Below are positions 1 to 10,016 of a DNA stretch of 64,000 bases, piece by piece; within the stretch, counting starts at the first letter, position 1; the number at the start of each line of letters is the position of its first letter. Origin of the DNA: Dissulfuribacterales bacterium (GTDB lineage: Bacteria > Desulfobacterota > Dissulfuribacteria > Dissulfuribacterales > DYLC01); contig JBEULL010000020.1 in assembly GCA_041287365.1 (NCBI GenBank), forward strand, positions 3,426 to 67,425, given 5' to 3'. The translations under genes were made by a program, and so were the position numbers. Under the pieces are notes generated by a model. It saw only the letters and a list, made by a program, of their open reading frames with translations, did not search any database and had not been told where the DNA came from.

Positions 1-1
1 G

Positions 2-487
2 TTCCTGTGGGTGACGGATTTTCCTCTGCTGGAGTTCGATACCGAGGCCGGCAGATATGTGGCAGTGCATCACCCCTTCACCTCGCCGAAAGAGGAAGAC
101 ATACAGCTTCTGGACACGGACCCAGGGCGTGTGAGGGCAAGGGCCTACGACCTGGTATTGAACGGCATAGAGGTTGGTGGAGGGAGCATTCGTATCCATC
201 TGCCTCAAATGCAAAAACGAATCTTCGAGCTTCTGGCCATCTCAAATGAAGAGGCCCAGGAAAAATTCGGTTTCCTCATAGATGCACTAGAGTTCGGAGC
301 ACCTCCTCATGGAGGTATAGCCTTCGGCCTGGACAGACTGGTCATGCTTATGGCTGGAGCCGGCACCATTCGAGACGTCATAGCATTCCCGAAGACACAA
401 AAGGCCCAATGCCTGCTCACCAACGCACCCTCTCACGTCAGCCACATGCAACTGGCCGAGCTCTATATCAAGCCGGGCTGGAAATAA
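2..487 (+). CDS. aspS: aspartate--tRNA ligase, C-terminal part (5' end outside window)
   Basis: [43 protein letters not shown] and [10 protein letters not shown] motifs of AspRS. Confidence 0.97.
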   Translation, partial: FLWVTDFPLLEFDTEAGRYVAVHHPFTSPKEEDIQLLDTDPGRVRARAYDLVLNGIEVGGGSIRIHLPQMQKRIFELLAISNEEAQEKFGFLIDALEFGAPPHGGIAFGLDRLVMLMAGAGTIRDVIAFPKTQKAQCLLTNAPSHVSHMQLAELYIKPGWK

Positions 488-500
488 AAAGGAGAAAAAT

Positions 501-2333
501 ATGGCCAAATGGAATCCCTACAGAAAACTCCTGGACGCGACACCCAATCGTCAGATATACAAACTGCATGACCCGCAAGAACCCAATCTTCTGCGGGACA
601 TCTTTCCATATACCGAGATCTGCAAGACACCCTTCGACCAAGTGCATGTCATGGCCGAGCCATGTGATGAGATGCTCATCACAGACACCACATTCCGCGA
701 CGGGCAGCAGGCCAGGCCGCCCTATTCCGTGCAGCAGATCAGCACCATTTTTGATTTTCTGCACCGATTGAGCGGGCCTAACGGCGTAATCCGTCAGGCG
801 GAGTTCTTTCTTTATACACAAAAGGACAAGGAAGCGGTCTGGGTGTGCAGGGAAAAAGGCTATAAATTTCCAGAGATAACCGGCTGGATTCGGGCCAACA
901 AGGCGGATCTGCAACTGGTAAAGGAGATGGGGCTCAAGGAAACAGGCATTCTCACCTCCATATCCGATTATCACATCTTTCTGAAACTCAAAAAGACTCG
1001 AGCAAAGGCCATGGAGGATTACCTGGCCATTGTAAAGGCATGTCTGGAAGAGGGCATCACACCCCGTTGCCACTTCGAAGACATCACACGAGCCGATATT
1101 TACGGCTTCTGCGTACCCTTTGCCATAGAGCTCATGAAACTGCGAGAGGAAAGCGGCATTGATATCAAGATTCGGCTCTGCGATACGCTAGGCTATGGTG
1201 TGCCCTATCCCGGTGCAGCCCTTCCTCGAAGTGTGGGCAGGATAGTTCACGCCATGACTCAGGATGCCGGTGTACCTGGTTCCCTGCTGGAATGGCATGG
1301 CCACAACGATTTTCACAAGGCCTTAATCAATGCCTCCACGGCCTGGCTCTATGGCTGCGGGGCAGTAAACGGCACGCTTCTGGGCTTCGGAGAACGCACG
1401 GGCAATACGCCTATAGAGGCATTGCTCATCGAACGCATATCTCTCAGGGGTTCACAGGACGGCATAGATACTCGAGCCATCACGGAAATGGCGGAATACT
1501 TCGAAAAAGAACTGCATGTGCATATCCCGCGCAACTATCCCATAGTAGGGGCGGATTCCACAGCCACCTCCGCAGGCATTCACGCAGACGGGCTGCTCAA
1601 AAACGAGGAGATATACAACATCTTCGATACAAATCGCATACTTGGACGTCCAATCTCGATCATCGTCTCGGACAAATCCGGAACCGCAGGCATAGCACAT
1701 TGGGTGAACACCAAGCTGAAACTGAAGGGTGAACAGGCCATCGACAAGAAACATCCTGGCATTGTCAAGATATACAAAAAGGTCATGCAGGAATATGAAA
1801 ACGACCGCATAACCTCCATGTCTGACGACGAGATCGAGACCCTGGCCCGCAGATATCTGCCGGAATTCTTTCCATCCGGCTTCGCCAAACTGGAGACCAA
1901 GGCAAGGGAGCTGGCTGTACATCTGGTGGAAGAACTAGTGGAACATTCGGAGATCCGTTCCATGAATGCGGAGAGGATCGAACCTGTATTGAGACAGTGC
2001 CTGGAAGAAAACCCGTTTATTCAGTTCCTGTATGTGGTGAATACGGATGGGAAAAAGATCACCAAAAATATCACTCACCTCAAATACAAGGCGCAATATG
2101 CCACTCACCTGCTGGATGAGGACTTCTCCGACCGCTCATGGTTCATAGAACCCATGCAGAATGGCAAGAGCCACGTCTCTCCGTTTTACACCTCCAAGAT
2201 CACAGGGGCCCTCTGCATCACTGTTTCCGCTCCGATTCGAAACGAAACAGATGAAATCATAGGGATTCTGGGGATAGATATACGATTTGAAGACCTTGCA
2301 AAGATGGAACAAGAGGAACCCTCTGCTGAATAA
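501..2333 (+). CDS. Re-citrate synthase-like DRE-TIM metallolyase (HMGL-like) with C-terminal Cache/PDC-like domain
   Basis: ITDTTFRDGQQ, HGHNDF and GERTGN motifs; C-terminal ~150 aa with RSWF..P, PFYTSKITGALCITVSAPI, IIGILGIDI is Cache-like; RBS AAGGAG. Confidence 0.8.
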   Translation: MAKWNPYRKLLDATPNRQIYKLHDPQEPNLLRDIFPYTEICKTPFDQVHVMAEPCDEMLITDTTFRDGQQARPPYSVQQISTIFDFLHRLSGPNGVIRQAEFFLYTQKDKEAVWVCREKGYKFPEITGWIRANKADLQLVKEMGLKETGILTSISDYHIFLKLKKTRAKAMEDYLAIVKACLEEGITPRCHFEDITRADIYGFCVPFAIELMKLREESGIDIKIRLCDTLGYGVPYPGAALPRSVGRIVHAMTQDAGVPGSLLEWHGHNDFHKALINASTAWLYGCGAVNGTLLGFGERTGNTPIEALLIERISLRGSQDGIDTRAITEMAEYFEKELHVHIPRNYPIVGADSTATSAGIHADGLLKNEEIYNIFDTNRILGRPISIIVSDKSGTAGIAHWVNTKLKLKGEQAIDKKHPGIVKIYKKVMQEYENDRITSMSDDEIETLARRYLPEFFPSGFAKLETKARELAVHLVEELVEHSEIRSMNAERIEPVLRQCLEENPFIQFLYVVNTDGKKITKNITHLKYKAQYATHLLDEDFSDRSWFIEPMQNGKSHVSPFYTSKITGALCITVSAPIRNETDEIIGILGIDIRFEDLAKMEQEEPSAE

Positions 2334-4020
2334 CAAAACAGGTGTGCATGGCCGCGGCCAGGCACACCTGTTACACAACGAAACAGGAGCTATTCGCAAG
2401 ACATGGGGGCGCATCGGAAAATCACGGGGTATAACTCCGGTCGCACTCATCTTTCCCAATACATATGCGGTAGGCATGTCGAATCTTGGCCTACAAACCC
2501 TTTATGCCACGCTGAACGCCCAACAGCATATCGCGGCCGAAAGGTTCTTTTATCACGAGGGGTCCCCCTGGAAATCGGAAGAGAGCGGAAGGCCCCTGAA
2601 TGACTTTCAAATCCTGCTGTTTTCCGTCAGTTTTGAGGCGGATTATCCCAACGTCATTCGCGCCATCTCGGCCTGCGGCCTGTCCCCTCTGGCAGCAGAT
2701 AGAGAAAACGAAAAAGGTCCTCTGGTTCTGGCCGGCGGTGTGGCCACATTCATCAATCCGGAACCATTGGCGCCATTCATAGATGCCTTTCTTTTGGGGG
2801 AATTCGAGGCCATCTCCCCTGACTTTCTACCCATTCTGAAGGACTTGGCAGATACACAGACCAACAGAAAGACCCGGCTTGAGCTTCTGGCCGGAAACTG
2901 TCATTGTGTCTATGTTCCGAACCGTTTCTCCACAGCGATAACGCCGGCCCGACAGATACACCCCATGGAAACAGTTCCCCATACACGAATCATCTCCGGT
3001 GATGCAGCCTTCTCCAACATGTTTTTGCTGGAATTGGCCCGAGGATGCGGAAAGGGATGCCGTTTCTGCGCAGCCGGCTTTGTGTACAGACCGGCACGGC
3101 CATGGCCCCAGGAAGCGCTGCTTTCCACCCTAAATGACATAAAAGGAACCGACAAAATCGGTCTGGTGGGATTGGAATTCCTTCAGAGGGAGGACATCAA
3201 TCATATCTGCGAGAACCTGCTGAATCGGGGTATGCGCCTTGCTTTCTCCTCCATGCGCATAGACAACCTGACCGACGCCTTCATAGAGGTACTCATAAAA
3301 TCGCACATAACCACAGCCACCATAGCGCCTGAGGCTGGCTCGGAACGCATGCGGGCCATCATAAACAAAAATCTGACGGAAGAGACCATTCTTGCCGGTA
3401 TCGAACGACTGGCTACAGCCGGAATCCTCAACTTCAAACTATATTTCATGTACGGCCTGCCCTTTGAAACGCCTGAGGACATGGAGGCATTGGTCGGACT
3501 TATAAAACTGGCAAAAAAAATCATAACCCCCATCGGGCAAAAACAAAAACACCTGGGGAATATCACTGTATCAGCTGGCACCTTTGTGCCAAAGGCATGG
3601 ACACCGTTTCAATGGTCGGACTTTATCGATGAAAAAACACACACGATCCACAGGAACATCCTGATAAAAGGCCTTTCATCCTTGGCAAATGTACGATTGA
3701 GGCTGGATTCCTGGCGTTCTGCAAGTATTCAAGCCATATTAAGCCGCGGAGACCGCACCCTGGCCCCCATTCTGCAAGATGTGGCCTTGAATGCCACGCC
3801 ATGGCGCAAGGCATTCAAAAACTGTAAGGACAAGGGGCCTAACGCCCCCACAGCCGCATCCTTTTTAAAAGGCAGAGACATTCACGAAACGTTGCCATGG
3901 GAAGCGGTGCAACACAGCATAACAAAGGCGTTTCTGCAACAAGAATGGGCAAAGGCCAAAAAGGCAAAGAACAGCCCGTCCTGTATGCCTGGCTGCAGAC
4001 GCTGCGGGGTATGTAATTGA
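2287..4020 (+). CDS. B12-binding-domain radical SAM protein (TIGR03960-like; start uncertain)
   Basis: FPNTYAVGMSNLG, LELARGCGKGCRFC (CxxxCxxC), APEAGSERMR, C-terminal CxxxCxxCGVC. Confidence 0.85.
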   Translation: MKTLQRWNKRNPLLNNKTGVHGRGQAHLLHNETGAIRKTWGRIGKSRGITPVALIFPNTYAVGMSNLGLQTLYATLNAQQHIAAERFFYHEGSPWKSEESGRPLNDFQILLFSVSFEADYPNVIRAISACGLSPLAADRENEKGPLVLAGGVATFINPEPLAPFIDAFLLGEFEAISPDFLPILKDLADTQTNRKTRLELLAGNCHCVYVPNRFSTAITPARQIHPMETVPHTRIISGDAAFSNMFLLELARGCGKGCRFCAAGFVYRPARPWPQEALLSTLNDIKGTDKIGLVGLEFLQREDINHICENLLNRGMRLAFSSMRIDNLTDAFIEVLIKSHITTATIAPEAGSERMRAIINKNLTEETILAGIERLATAGILNFKLYFMYGLPFETPEDMEALVGLIKLAKKIITPIGQKQKHLGNITVSAGTFVPKAWTPFQWSDFIDEKTHTIHRNILIKGLSSLANVRLRLDSWRSASIQAILSRGDRTLAPILQDVALNATPWRKAFKNCKDKGPNAPTAASFLKGRDIHETLPWEAVQHSITKAFLQQEWAKAKKAKNSPSCMPGCRRCGVCN

Positions 4021-4038
4021 GGCGGTTTGCCATCAAGA

Positions 4039-4845
4039 CTACAATGCTGCATGTACTCCCATGGTCCGGTAGATATGCCGTCTGAGCACGGCCAACTCGC
4101 CCTTCGTGAAGTCCCTTGGATGCGGATAATCGAGGGACAAGACCTCTTTTACACGAGTCGGACGTTCGGTAAAAAGCACGATCTGATCCGCAAGCTGTAT
4201 GGCCTCGTCTATATCGTGAGTGATGAAAAGGATCGTCGTGGGGAACATGGCATGTACGTTGAGCATCTCCTCACGCATCTGAAGCCTGGTGACGAAGTCC
4301 AGAGCCCCGAACGGCTCATCCATGAACAGGATATCGGGGTTGGCGATAAGGGCCCTGGCCACCTCTGCCCTGCGTCTCATGCCCCCTGACAATTCATGGG
4401 GATAATAATCACCGAAACCCTTGAGCCCCACCATCTCCAGATATTCCAATACCAGCTCCAAGCGCTTTTCTTTATCCTTTATGTTTCGAACGCCTAGCTC
4501 GATATTCTCTTGGGCAGTCAGCCATGGAAAAAGACCGTCATCCTGAAATACGAATATGTGTCTGGGATTAGGGCCGTGAACCGCCTCTCCGTCCACAAAC
4601 ACCTCGCCCCTGCTTGGTGTATCAAAGCCTGCTATGATGCGCAACAAAGTGGATTTACCGCATCCAGAAGGCCCGAGAAAACATGTGAAACTGCGGGCAG
4701 GCACAGCGAAATTCAAGTCGGTCAGCACATGCCTGTCAGACATCAGACCTGAGGCCGCGACTGAAGATGTCTCTTCATAGACCTTGTAAAGTCCGCATAT
4801 CTCCACCTTGTTCAATGGCTGTGAACTCGCTATAGCCTGGTTCAT
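4039..4845 (-). CDS. NitT/TauT-family ABC transporter ATP-binding protein
   Basis: Walker A GPSGCGKST, LSGGM signature, MDEPFGALD; ATG at 4845 overlaps the permease stop (ATGA). Confidence 0.93.
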   Translation of the reverse strand: MNQAIASSQPLNKVEICGLYKVYEETSSVAASGLMSDRHVLTDLNFAVPARSFTCFLGPSGCGKSTLLRIIAGFDTPSRGEVFVDGEAVHGPNPRHIFVFQDDGLFPWLTAQENIELGVRNIKDKEKRLELVLEYLEMVGLKGFGDYYPHELSGGMRRRAEVARALIANPDILFMDEPFGALDFVTRLQMREEMLNVHAMFPTTILFITHDIDEAIQLADQIVLFTERPTRVKEVLSLDYPHPRDFTKGELAVLRRHIYRTMGVHAAL

Positions 4846-5630
4846 TGCTTCAATCTCTTCCAGCGAACGGACGGCAGTCTCTCCAGCTGTCTGACAAGAT
4901 TGTCCAGAAGCAGGCCGATACAGCCAATCACAAGCATACCACCGATCACCTGATCCATTCGCAGGGAATTCCTGGCATCCACTATGAGATACCCGAGCCC
5001 GTTCTTGACGGCTATCATCTCTGCGGCCACTATGACCAGCCATGCGGTGCCCAATGTGATTCGAAGACCTGTGATGATCTCCGGGAGGGCAGCCTGAAAT
5101 ATAACGCGGCTGTAGAGTTCATGACCGGTGATGCCGAAATTGGAAGCGGCATAGAGATAGGTCGGATTTATACCGGCCACGCCACTCGTCGTAAAAACCA
5201 CCATCGGGAAAAAGACAGCCAGAAAAATCAAGAAAATAGCCGGATTGTCCCCGATGCCGAACCACAAAAGGGCGATGGGTATCCAGGCCAATGGAGAAAT
5301 GGGACGCAGAAATTGAATGACCGGATTTACAGCCCTGCGCCAGAATGGTTTTGTGCCTAAAAAGATGCCTAGGGGCACAGCCAGCGCCACTGCCAACAGA
5401 TACCCCCAGGTCACACGAAACAAGCTGGCCACTATATAATCCAGAAGCCTGCCGTCCCGAATCAGCTCCCAAAGCCCTCTCAGCACCTGTATGACACCCG
5501 GAAAGTGCTCCGGCTTGACATCAAAAACACGCACAGCGATCTCCCACAGCGCCATTGTAAAAAAAGACAGCAAAAAGGCGCTCCAGCGCACGGCAAACCA
5601 GTTTTGCAGACCCTGCCCCTTGAGACTCAC
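4842..5630 (-). CDS. NitT/TauT-family ABC transporter permease
   Basis: Hydrophobic; LRPISPLAWIP and AWLVIVAAEM motifs of SsuC/TauC-type permeases. Confidence 0.93.
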   Translation of the reverse strand: MSLKGQGLQNWFAVRWSAFLLSFFTMALWEIAVRVFDVKPEHFPGVIQVLRGLWELIRDGRLLDYIVASLFRVTWGYLLAVALAVPLGIFLGTKPFWRRAVNPVIQFLRPISPLAWIPIALLWFGIGDNPAIFLIFLAVFFPMVVFTTSGVAGINPTYLYAASNFGITGHELYSRVIFQAALPEIITGLRITLGTAWLVIVAAEMIAVKNGLGYLIVDARNSLRMDQVIGGMLVIGCIGLLLDNLVRQLERLPSVRWKRLKQ

Positions 5631-6610
5631 TGTTTTTTCTCCGTAACAAGCGATGTGTCAAGAAAACCGTTCACATCAAAGACACCCTTCAACAAACCCC
5701 TCTTGGTCATGGCAGCGGCCATAGCGTCTATCTCCTGTTTTTTCGGCAGAAGATCGTCATACAACACGCGATCCGGTTGGGATAAAAGCACGTGCTCGAG
5801 AAGCGCCACGGGAAGCCCATAGAATCTGGCTCCAATAGCAGCTGCCTCCCTGCGATGCCCATCGATCCATGCGCCATTGGCATAAAACGCCCTCACCAAC
5901 CTGACCACCTCGTCTTTTCGCTTTTGCAGCACATCCGCCCTCACCACCAAAACACTGGAGATGAAGCCGGGCCTCACATCCTTCATGAGATACAGGATTC
6001 TGCCTGATCCGTTCATCTCTCCGGCCGCTGCATAGGGCTCACCGACGATATAGGCGTCAACGGCGCCCATGGCCAGGCTTGACGGCATGTCCGGAGGCGG
6101 CATCTCCACCAGATTGACACTTCTGGCTGGAATTCCCGCCTGCTCGAGGAGGTCCAGAAGGGTAAGATACTGATTGCTGAAACGAATGGGAATGGCTATG
6201 GTCTTGTGTTCCAGCCAATCGATGCCAGCGGCATGGGGTGCATCGGCACGCACCATCAGGCCCGTACCGTTTCGATGGCCAAGCATCACCAGTTTTATAG
6301 GAAAACCCTGCTGGTACAGGGTGATGGCCAATGGTGCCAGAATGAAGGCCATGTCCAGCTCACTGCTCTTCAATGCCTCACACATCTCGGGCCAGGCAGT
6401 AAACTTGACCGGCTTGAACGGAATGTCCTTGTTCAGCTCATAAGTTACAGGACATAACAGATGACAGGTGATGGGCAAAAATCCCACCTTCAACACATGG
6501 GCTGCAAAGAGTTTTCCATTGCGCCATGTGTGCAGACCTGATATGAATATGACCCATATCAAAATCGCAAGAATGATCCTGTATCCGACACTCATCTGTT
6601 TCATGCTCAC
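5627..6610 (-). CDS. ABC transporter substrate-binding protein (NrtA/CmpA/SsuA-like)
   Basis: N-terminal TM; VGFLPITCHL, MPPPDM and VGEPY motifs; translationally coupled to the permease. Confidence 0.88.
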   Translation of the reverse strand: MSMKQMSVGYRIILAILIWVIFISGLHTWRNGKLFAAHVLKVGFLPITCHLLCPVTYELNKDIPFKPVKFTAWPEMCEALKSSELDMAFILAPLAITLYQQGFPIKLVMLGHRNGTGLMVRADAPHAAGIDWLEHKTIAIPIRFSNQYLTLLDLLEQAGIPARSVNLVEMPPPDMPSSLAMGAVDAYIVGEPYAAAGEMNGSGRILYLMKDVRPGFISSVLVVRADVLQKRKDEVVRLVRAFYANGAWIDGHRREAAAIGARFYGLPVALLEHVLLSQPDRVLYDDLLPKKQEIDAMAAAMTKRGLLKGVFDVNGFLDTSLVTEKKQ

Positions 6611-6693
6611 AGGTGCATATCCATGCCGTTGAACAAATATCCATTGCCATCGCGCTCTTGACTTATCATGTTAAAAATTTACCATAAGATTTC

Positions 6694-7395
6694 ATGAAAA
6701 CACAAGCTCAAAAAACAACAAAGAAACTCGACGGCCCTGCCATCTGTCTGGTGAGTGGCGGCATGGATAGCTGTGTGTCCGCTGCCATAGCCATAGGAAG
6801 ACACAAAGAAACGGCCTTTTTGCATGTGAACTACGGACAGCGCACGGAAAAAACGGAACTCGAGGCATTTCGGCGCATATCGGCCCATTACGGCATAACG
6901 AAACAACTTATAGCCGACATCAGTTATCTCGCAGAGATAGGGGGCTCGGCCCTTACAGACAGCCGAATAGCAGTGCCGACAGCTGGCATTGAAAACAATT
7001 TGATTCCAAACACATACGTCCCATTCCGCAACACACACCTGATAGCCATAGCGGTTTCATGGGCGGAGGTCATAGGCGCCAACTACATCTACATAGGCGC
7101 AACTGAGGTGGACAGCTCCGGCTATCCCGATTGTCGCGCCGCCTATTTCGAGGCATTTAACCAACTCATAAAAACCGGCACTCGACCTGAAAGCCATATA
7201 GAGATAGTGACGCCTCTATTACATATGACAAAACGCGAGGTGGTGTTGACAGGCATGCAAGTTCAGGCCCCCTTGCATCTCACATGGTCCTGCTACAAAA
7301 ACGAAAAACTGGCCTGTGGACACTGCGATTCGTGCCGGTTAAGATTGAAAGGCTTTCAGGAAGCAGGAGTAAAGGACCCTATTCCATATGAATAA
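6694..7395 (+). CDS. queC: 7-cyano-7-deazaguanine synthase
   Basis: SGGMDS, YGQR, TYVPFRN, GYPDCR, TWSCY..CGxCxSC. Confidence 0.97.
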   Translation: MKTQAQKTTKKLDGPAICLVSGGMDSCVSAAIAIGRHKETAFLHVNYGQRTEKTELEAFRRISAHYGITKQLIADISYLAEIGGSALTDSRIAVPTAGIENNLIPNTYVPFRNTHLIAIAVSWAEVIGANYIYIGATEVDSSGYPDCRAAYFEAFNQLIKTGTRPESHIEIVTPLLHMTKREVVLTGMQVQAPLHLTWSCYKNEKLACGHCDSCRLRLKGFQEAGVKDPIPYE

Positions 7396-7819
7396 AACAG
7401 AAAAAAACAACGATTCCGATAAGAGCGCCACACAGCCGATTTTCGAATGTCAAATGTGCGGGCACTGCTGCCATGGTGAAAGCACGGTATCCATCACCGA
7501 CAAGGAACAGAAGGCCATTGCAGCCAGCATCGGCATTTCGGTTTCGGAATTGCTACAGAGATACTGTGTAGTCCTTCAAAATCGTGTGGAAATGAAGACG
7601 ATAAACGGCCATTGCATCTTTTATGGAGAAGACGGAAGATGCCGGATTCATGAAGTCAAACCGTTTCCATGCAGACAATGGCCGCTGCATTCGAGTATTC
7701 TCGGTGATTCCGCTGCATGGGAGGCCATTTCCAGGGATTGCCCCGGGTTCAGAAAAGACATTACATACGAAGAGGTCTGTAACTGGCTGAAAAAGAGGGC
7801 TTCTCGAGAAGAGGGATAA
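7388..7819 (+). CDS. YkgJ-family cysteine cluster protein
   Basis: FECQMCGHCC ... CIF ... CRIHEVKPFPCRQWP ... CPG. Confidence 0.9.
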   Translation: MNKTEKNNDSDKSATQPIFECQMCGHCCHGESTVSITDKEQKAIAASIGISVSELLQRYCVVLQNRVEMKTINGHCIFYGEDGRCRIHEVKPFPCRQWPLHSSILGDSAAWEAISRDCPGFRKDITYEEVCNWLKKRASREEG

Positions 7820-7820
7820 A

Positions 7821-8024
7821 ATGATCACTATAAAATCAGTTCTTGAATTCAGAGAATACATGGAAAGCGGCAGATGGGAAGAGGATTTCCAATACCGCAC
7901 GCCGGATGGGCAGGCGGAGATGCTAGACCTGCTTGAAAACATCTTCATCATCTGTGAAAAGGCGGATGAAATTCTGACGAAAAGGCTCTACAAACAGATG
8001 GGGCAGATGGAAAGCACAGACTGA
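7821..8024 (+). CDS. small hypothetical protein
   Basis: 67-aa ORF directly after the YkgJ gene, RBS GAGGG, protein-like helical composition. Confidence 0.7.
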   Translation: MITIKSVLEFREYMESGRWEEDFQYRTPDGQAEMLDLLENIFIICEKADEILTKRLYKQMGQMESTD

Positions 8025-8057
8025 AACAAGAACTCCCTTGCATGAATTCATACATGG

Positions 8058-8912
8058 TCACTTAAGGGATAACGCCCGCATCAAACCATCGAATTCCTCG
8101 GTGTTGCGGTAATACAGCTCCAATCTTCCGCCTTTTCCTTTGTGCACGATGTTGACCTTGAGTCCCAAGCGCTGAGACAGATCGTCTGCCAGACTCTGAA
8201 TATCAGGATCCTGTATCTTCTTGTTCTTCTTTTGCAGACCGACCTTTTTGTTGAGCCGCCTGGCCGTCTCTTCGGCCTGACGCACCGAAAGACCCTTAGC
8301 CACAATCTGATTTCTCAAAAACTCCCTGTCGGCCTCGTTGTCCAGCATCAGCAGGGCGCGAGCATGTCCTGTATTGAGATTGCCTTCTATCAAATCCTGC
8401 TGCAGCGCGGCAGGAAGCTGCAGCAAACGCATGGTGTTGGTGATGGTGGAACGCTCCTTGCCCACACGTGCGGCCACCTCCTCCTGTGTGAGACCCAACT
8501 CGTCTATCAGGCGCCTGTAGGCCATGGCCTCTTCAATAGGGTTCAGGTCTTCCCGCTGAACATTCTCTATGAGGGCCAATTCCATGGCCTCTGGCGGGCT
8601 GACATCCTTGACCACTACAGGCACTGATTTGAGGCCCGCGGCCTGGGCTGCACGCCACCGCCTTTCACCTGCTATAAGTTCATAGCCATTCTCAATCTCT
8701 CTGACCACCAGGGGCTGCAAGATACCCTTTTCGGCTATGGATTGAGCCAGGCCCTGAAGTGTGATGGGATCAATATTTTTGCGAGGCTGCAATGGATTTG
8801 GATGTATCTTCTCGATGGGACAGACAAAAAAGCCGGGGCGACCTGTATCGTAGGTATCTATATCGGGCAGCAGGGCCCCAAGACCCTTTCCAAGCACATT
8901 CTTAGCTGTCAT
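8058..8912 (-). CDS. parB: chromosome partitioning protein ParB
   Basis: LGKGLGALL, PNPLQPR, IAGERRWRA, ENVQREDLNPIEEA, HTH. Confidence 0.97.
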   Translation of the reverse strand: MTAKNVLGKGLGALLPDIDTYDTGRPGFFVCPIEKIHPNPLQPRKNIDPITLQGLAQSIAEKGILQPLVVREIENGYELIAGERRWRAAQAAGLKSVPVVVKDVSPPEAMELALIENVQREDLNPIEEAMAYRRLIDELGLTQEEVAARVGKERSTITNTMRLLQLPAALQQDLIEGNLNTGHARALLMLDNEADREFLRNQIVAKGLSVRQAEETARRLNKKVGLQKKNKKIQDPDIQSLADDLSQRLGLKVNIVHKGKGGRLELYYRNTEEFDGLMRALSLK

Positions 8913-9691
8913 GTTTCATTCCTGTTTAGAAATTCCTGAGCCAAGGAAGCGTAACCCTCTGCACCCTTGGACTTTGAATCATATAGGAAGATAGGTTTAC
9001 CATGACTGGGGCTCTCACTCAATCGAATATTACGAGGGATAACCGTGTCATAAACCAGCGATTTGAAATGATTCCTCACATCTGAAGCCACCTGAACCGA
9101 AAGGCGCATTCTGTGATCGGCCATTGTCAAAAGAATCCCTTCTATATAGAGCCTTGGATTGAAATTGTATTTTACGAGCCGAATGGTCTTCAGCAGTTGA
9201 CTCAACCCCTCCAAGGCATAGTACTCACACTGAAGGGGGATCAGGACGGAATCCGCTGAAACCAGGGCATTTATGGTCATAAGTCCAAGGGAGGGCGGGC
9301 AGTCGATGAGAATGAAATCGTAATCCTGAATGACCGAAAAGATGGACTTCAAAACAAATTCCCTGTTGGGTCTTGCAGCTAATTCCATCTCCACTCCCAC
9401 CAGGTCTGTGCTGGCCGGTAACAGATGCAGGTTGGGAACGCCGGTAGTGCGCACAATGTCCCTGATATCCACCTTACCTGCCACAGCGCAATAGATACAT
9501 GCTCCGGCTGCGGCCTGGGCATCCAGACCAAGACCGCTGGTGGCATTGGCCTGGGCGTCACAATCGGCCAGAAGCACGCGCTTACCCAGCATGGCAAGGG
9601 CTGATGCCAGGTTTATGGCAGTGGTGGTCTTGCCGACTCCGCCCTTTTGATTGGCTATACAGATGGTTCGAGTCCTATTGGCCATACCCAT
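8909..9691 (-). CDS. parA: chromosome partitioning ATPase ParA/Soj
   Basis: NQKGGVGKTTT, IDCPPSLG, QCEYYALEG, IPRNIRLSESPSHG. Confidence 0.97.
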   Translation of the reverse strand: MGMANRTRTICIANQKGGVGKTTTAINLASALAMLGKRVLLADCDAQANATSGLGLDAQAAAGACIYCAVAGKVDIRDIVRTTGVPNLHLLPASTDLVGVEMELAARPNREFVLKSIFSVIQDYDFILIDCPPSLGLMTINALVSADSVLIPLQCEYYALEGLSQLLKTIRLVKYNFNPRLYIEGILLTMADHRMRLSVQVASDVRNHFKSLVYDTVIPRNIRLSESPSHGKPIFLYDSKSKGAEGYASLAQEFLNRNET

Positions 9692-9712
9692 CCCTAATCA
9701 GCATCGTAATGA

Positions 9713-9952
9713 TTATTCTTTCTCACAAGAAGCCTCTGTTATGGATTTCACACCCATTTTGTGTAAAAAAATGGCCATTGGACAAAAACCTGTAAAGGCA
9801 AAGATCAGCAGATTAACTCCCACCAGAAGCGGAAGAACGAGCCAATATATGTGTACAAAAAAACCGAGGGTTACACCGGTCAGCACCACAATACCGGCTA
9901 TCAACCAGATAACCCGTTCCAGATACCATATATCCGTTCTTGCCAGATACAT
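9713..9952 (-). CDS. DUF2892 (YgaP-like) membrane protein
   Basis: ER.I..IAG, two TM segments, FTGFCP motif; RBS AAGGAGG. Confidence 0.85.
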   Translation of the reverse strand: MYLARTDIWYLERVIWLIAGIVVLTGVTLGFFVHIYWLVLPLLVGVNLLIFAFTGFCPMAIFLHKMGVKSITEASCEKE

Positions 9953-10016
9953 AATGACCTCCTTGAATTAAAGTATATAGTGAAAAATCGTTGTTCCGCG
10001 GCCGGCGGGGGATGTG

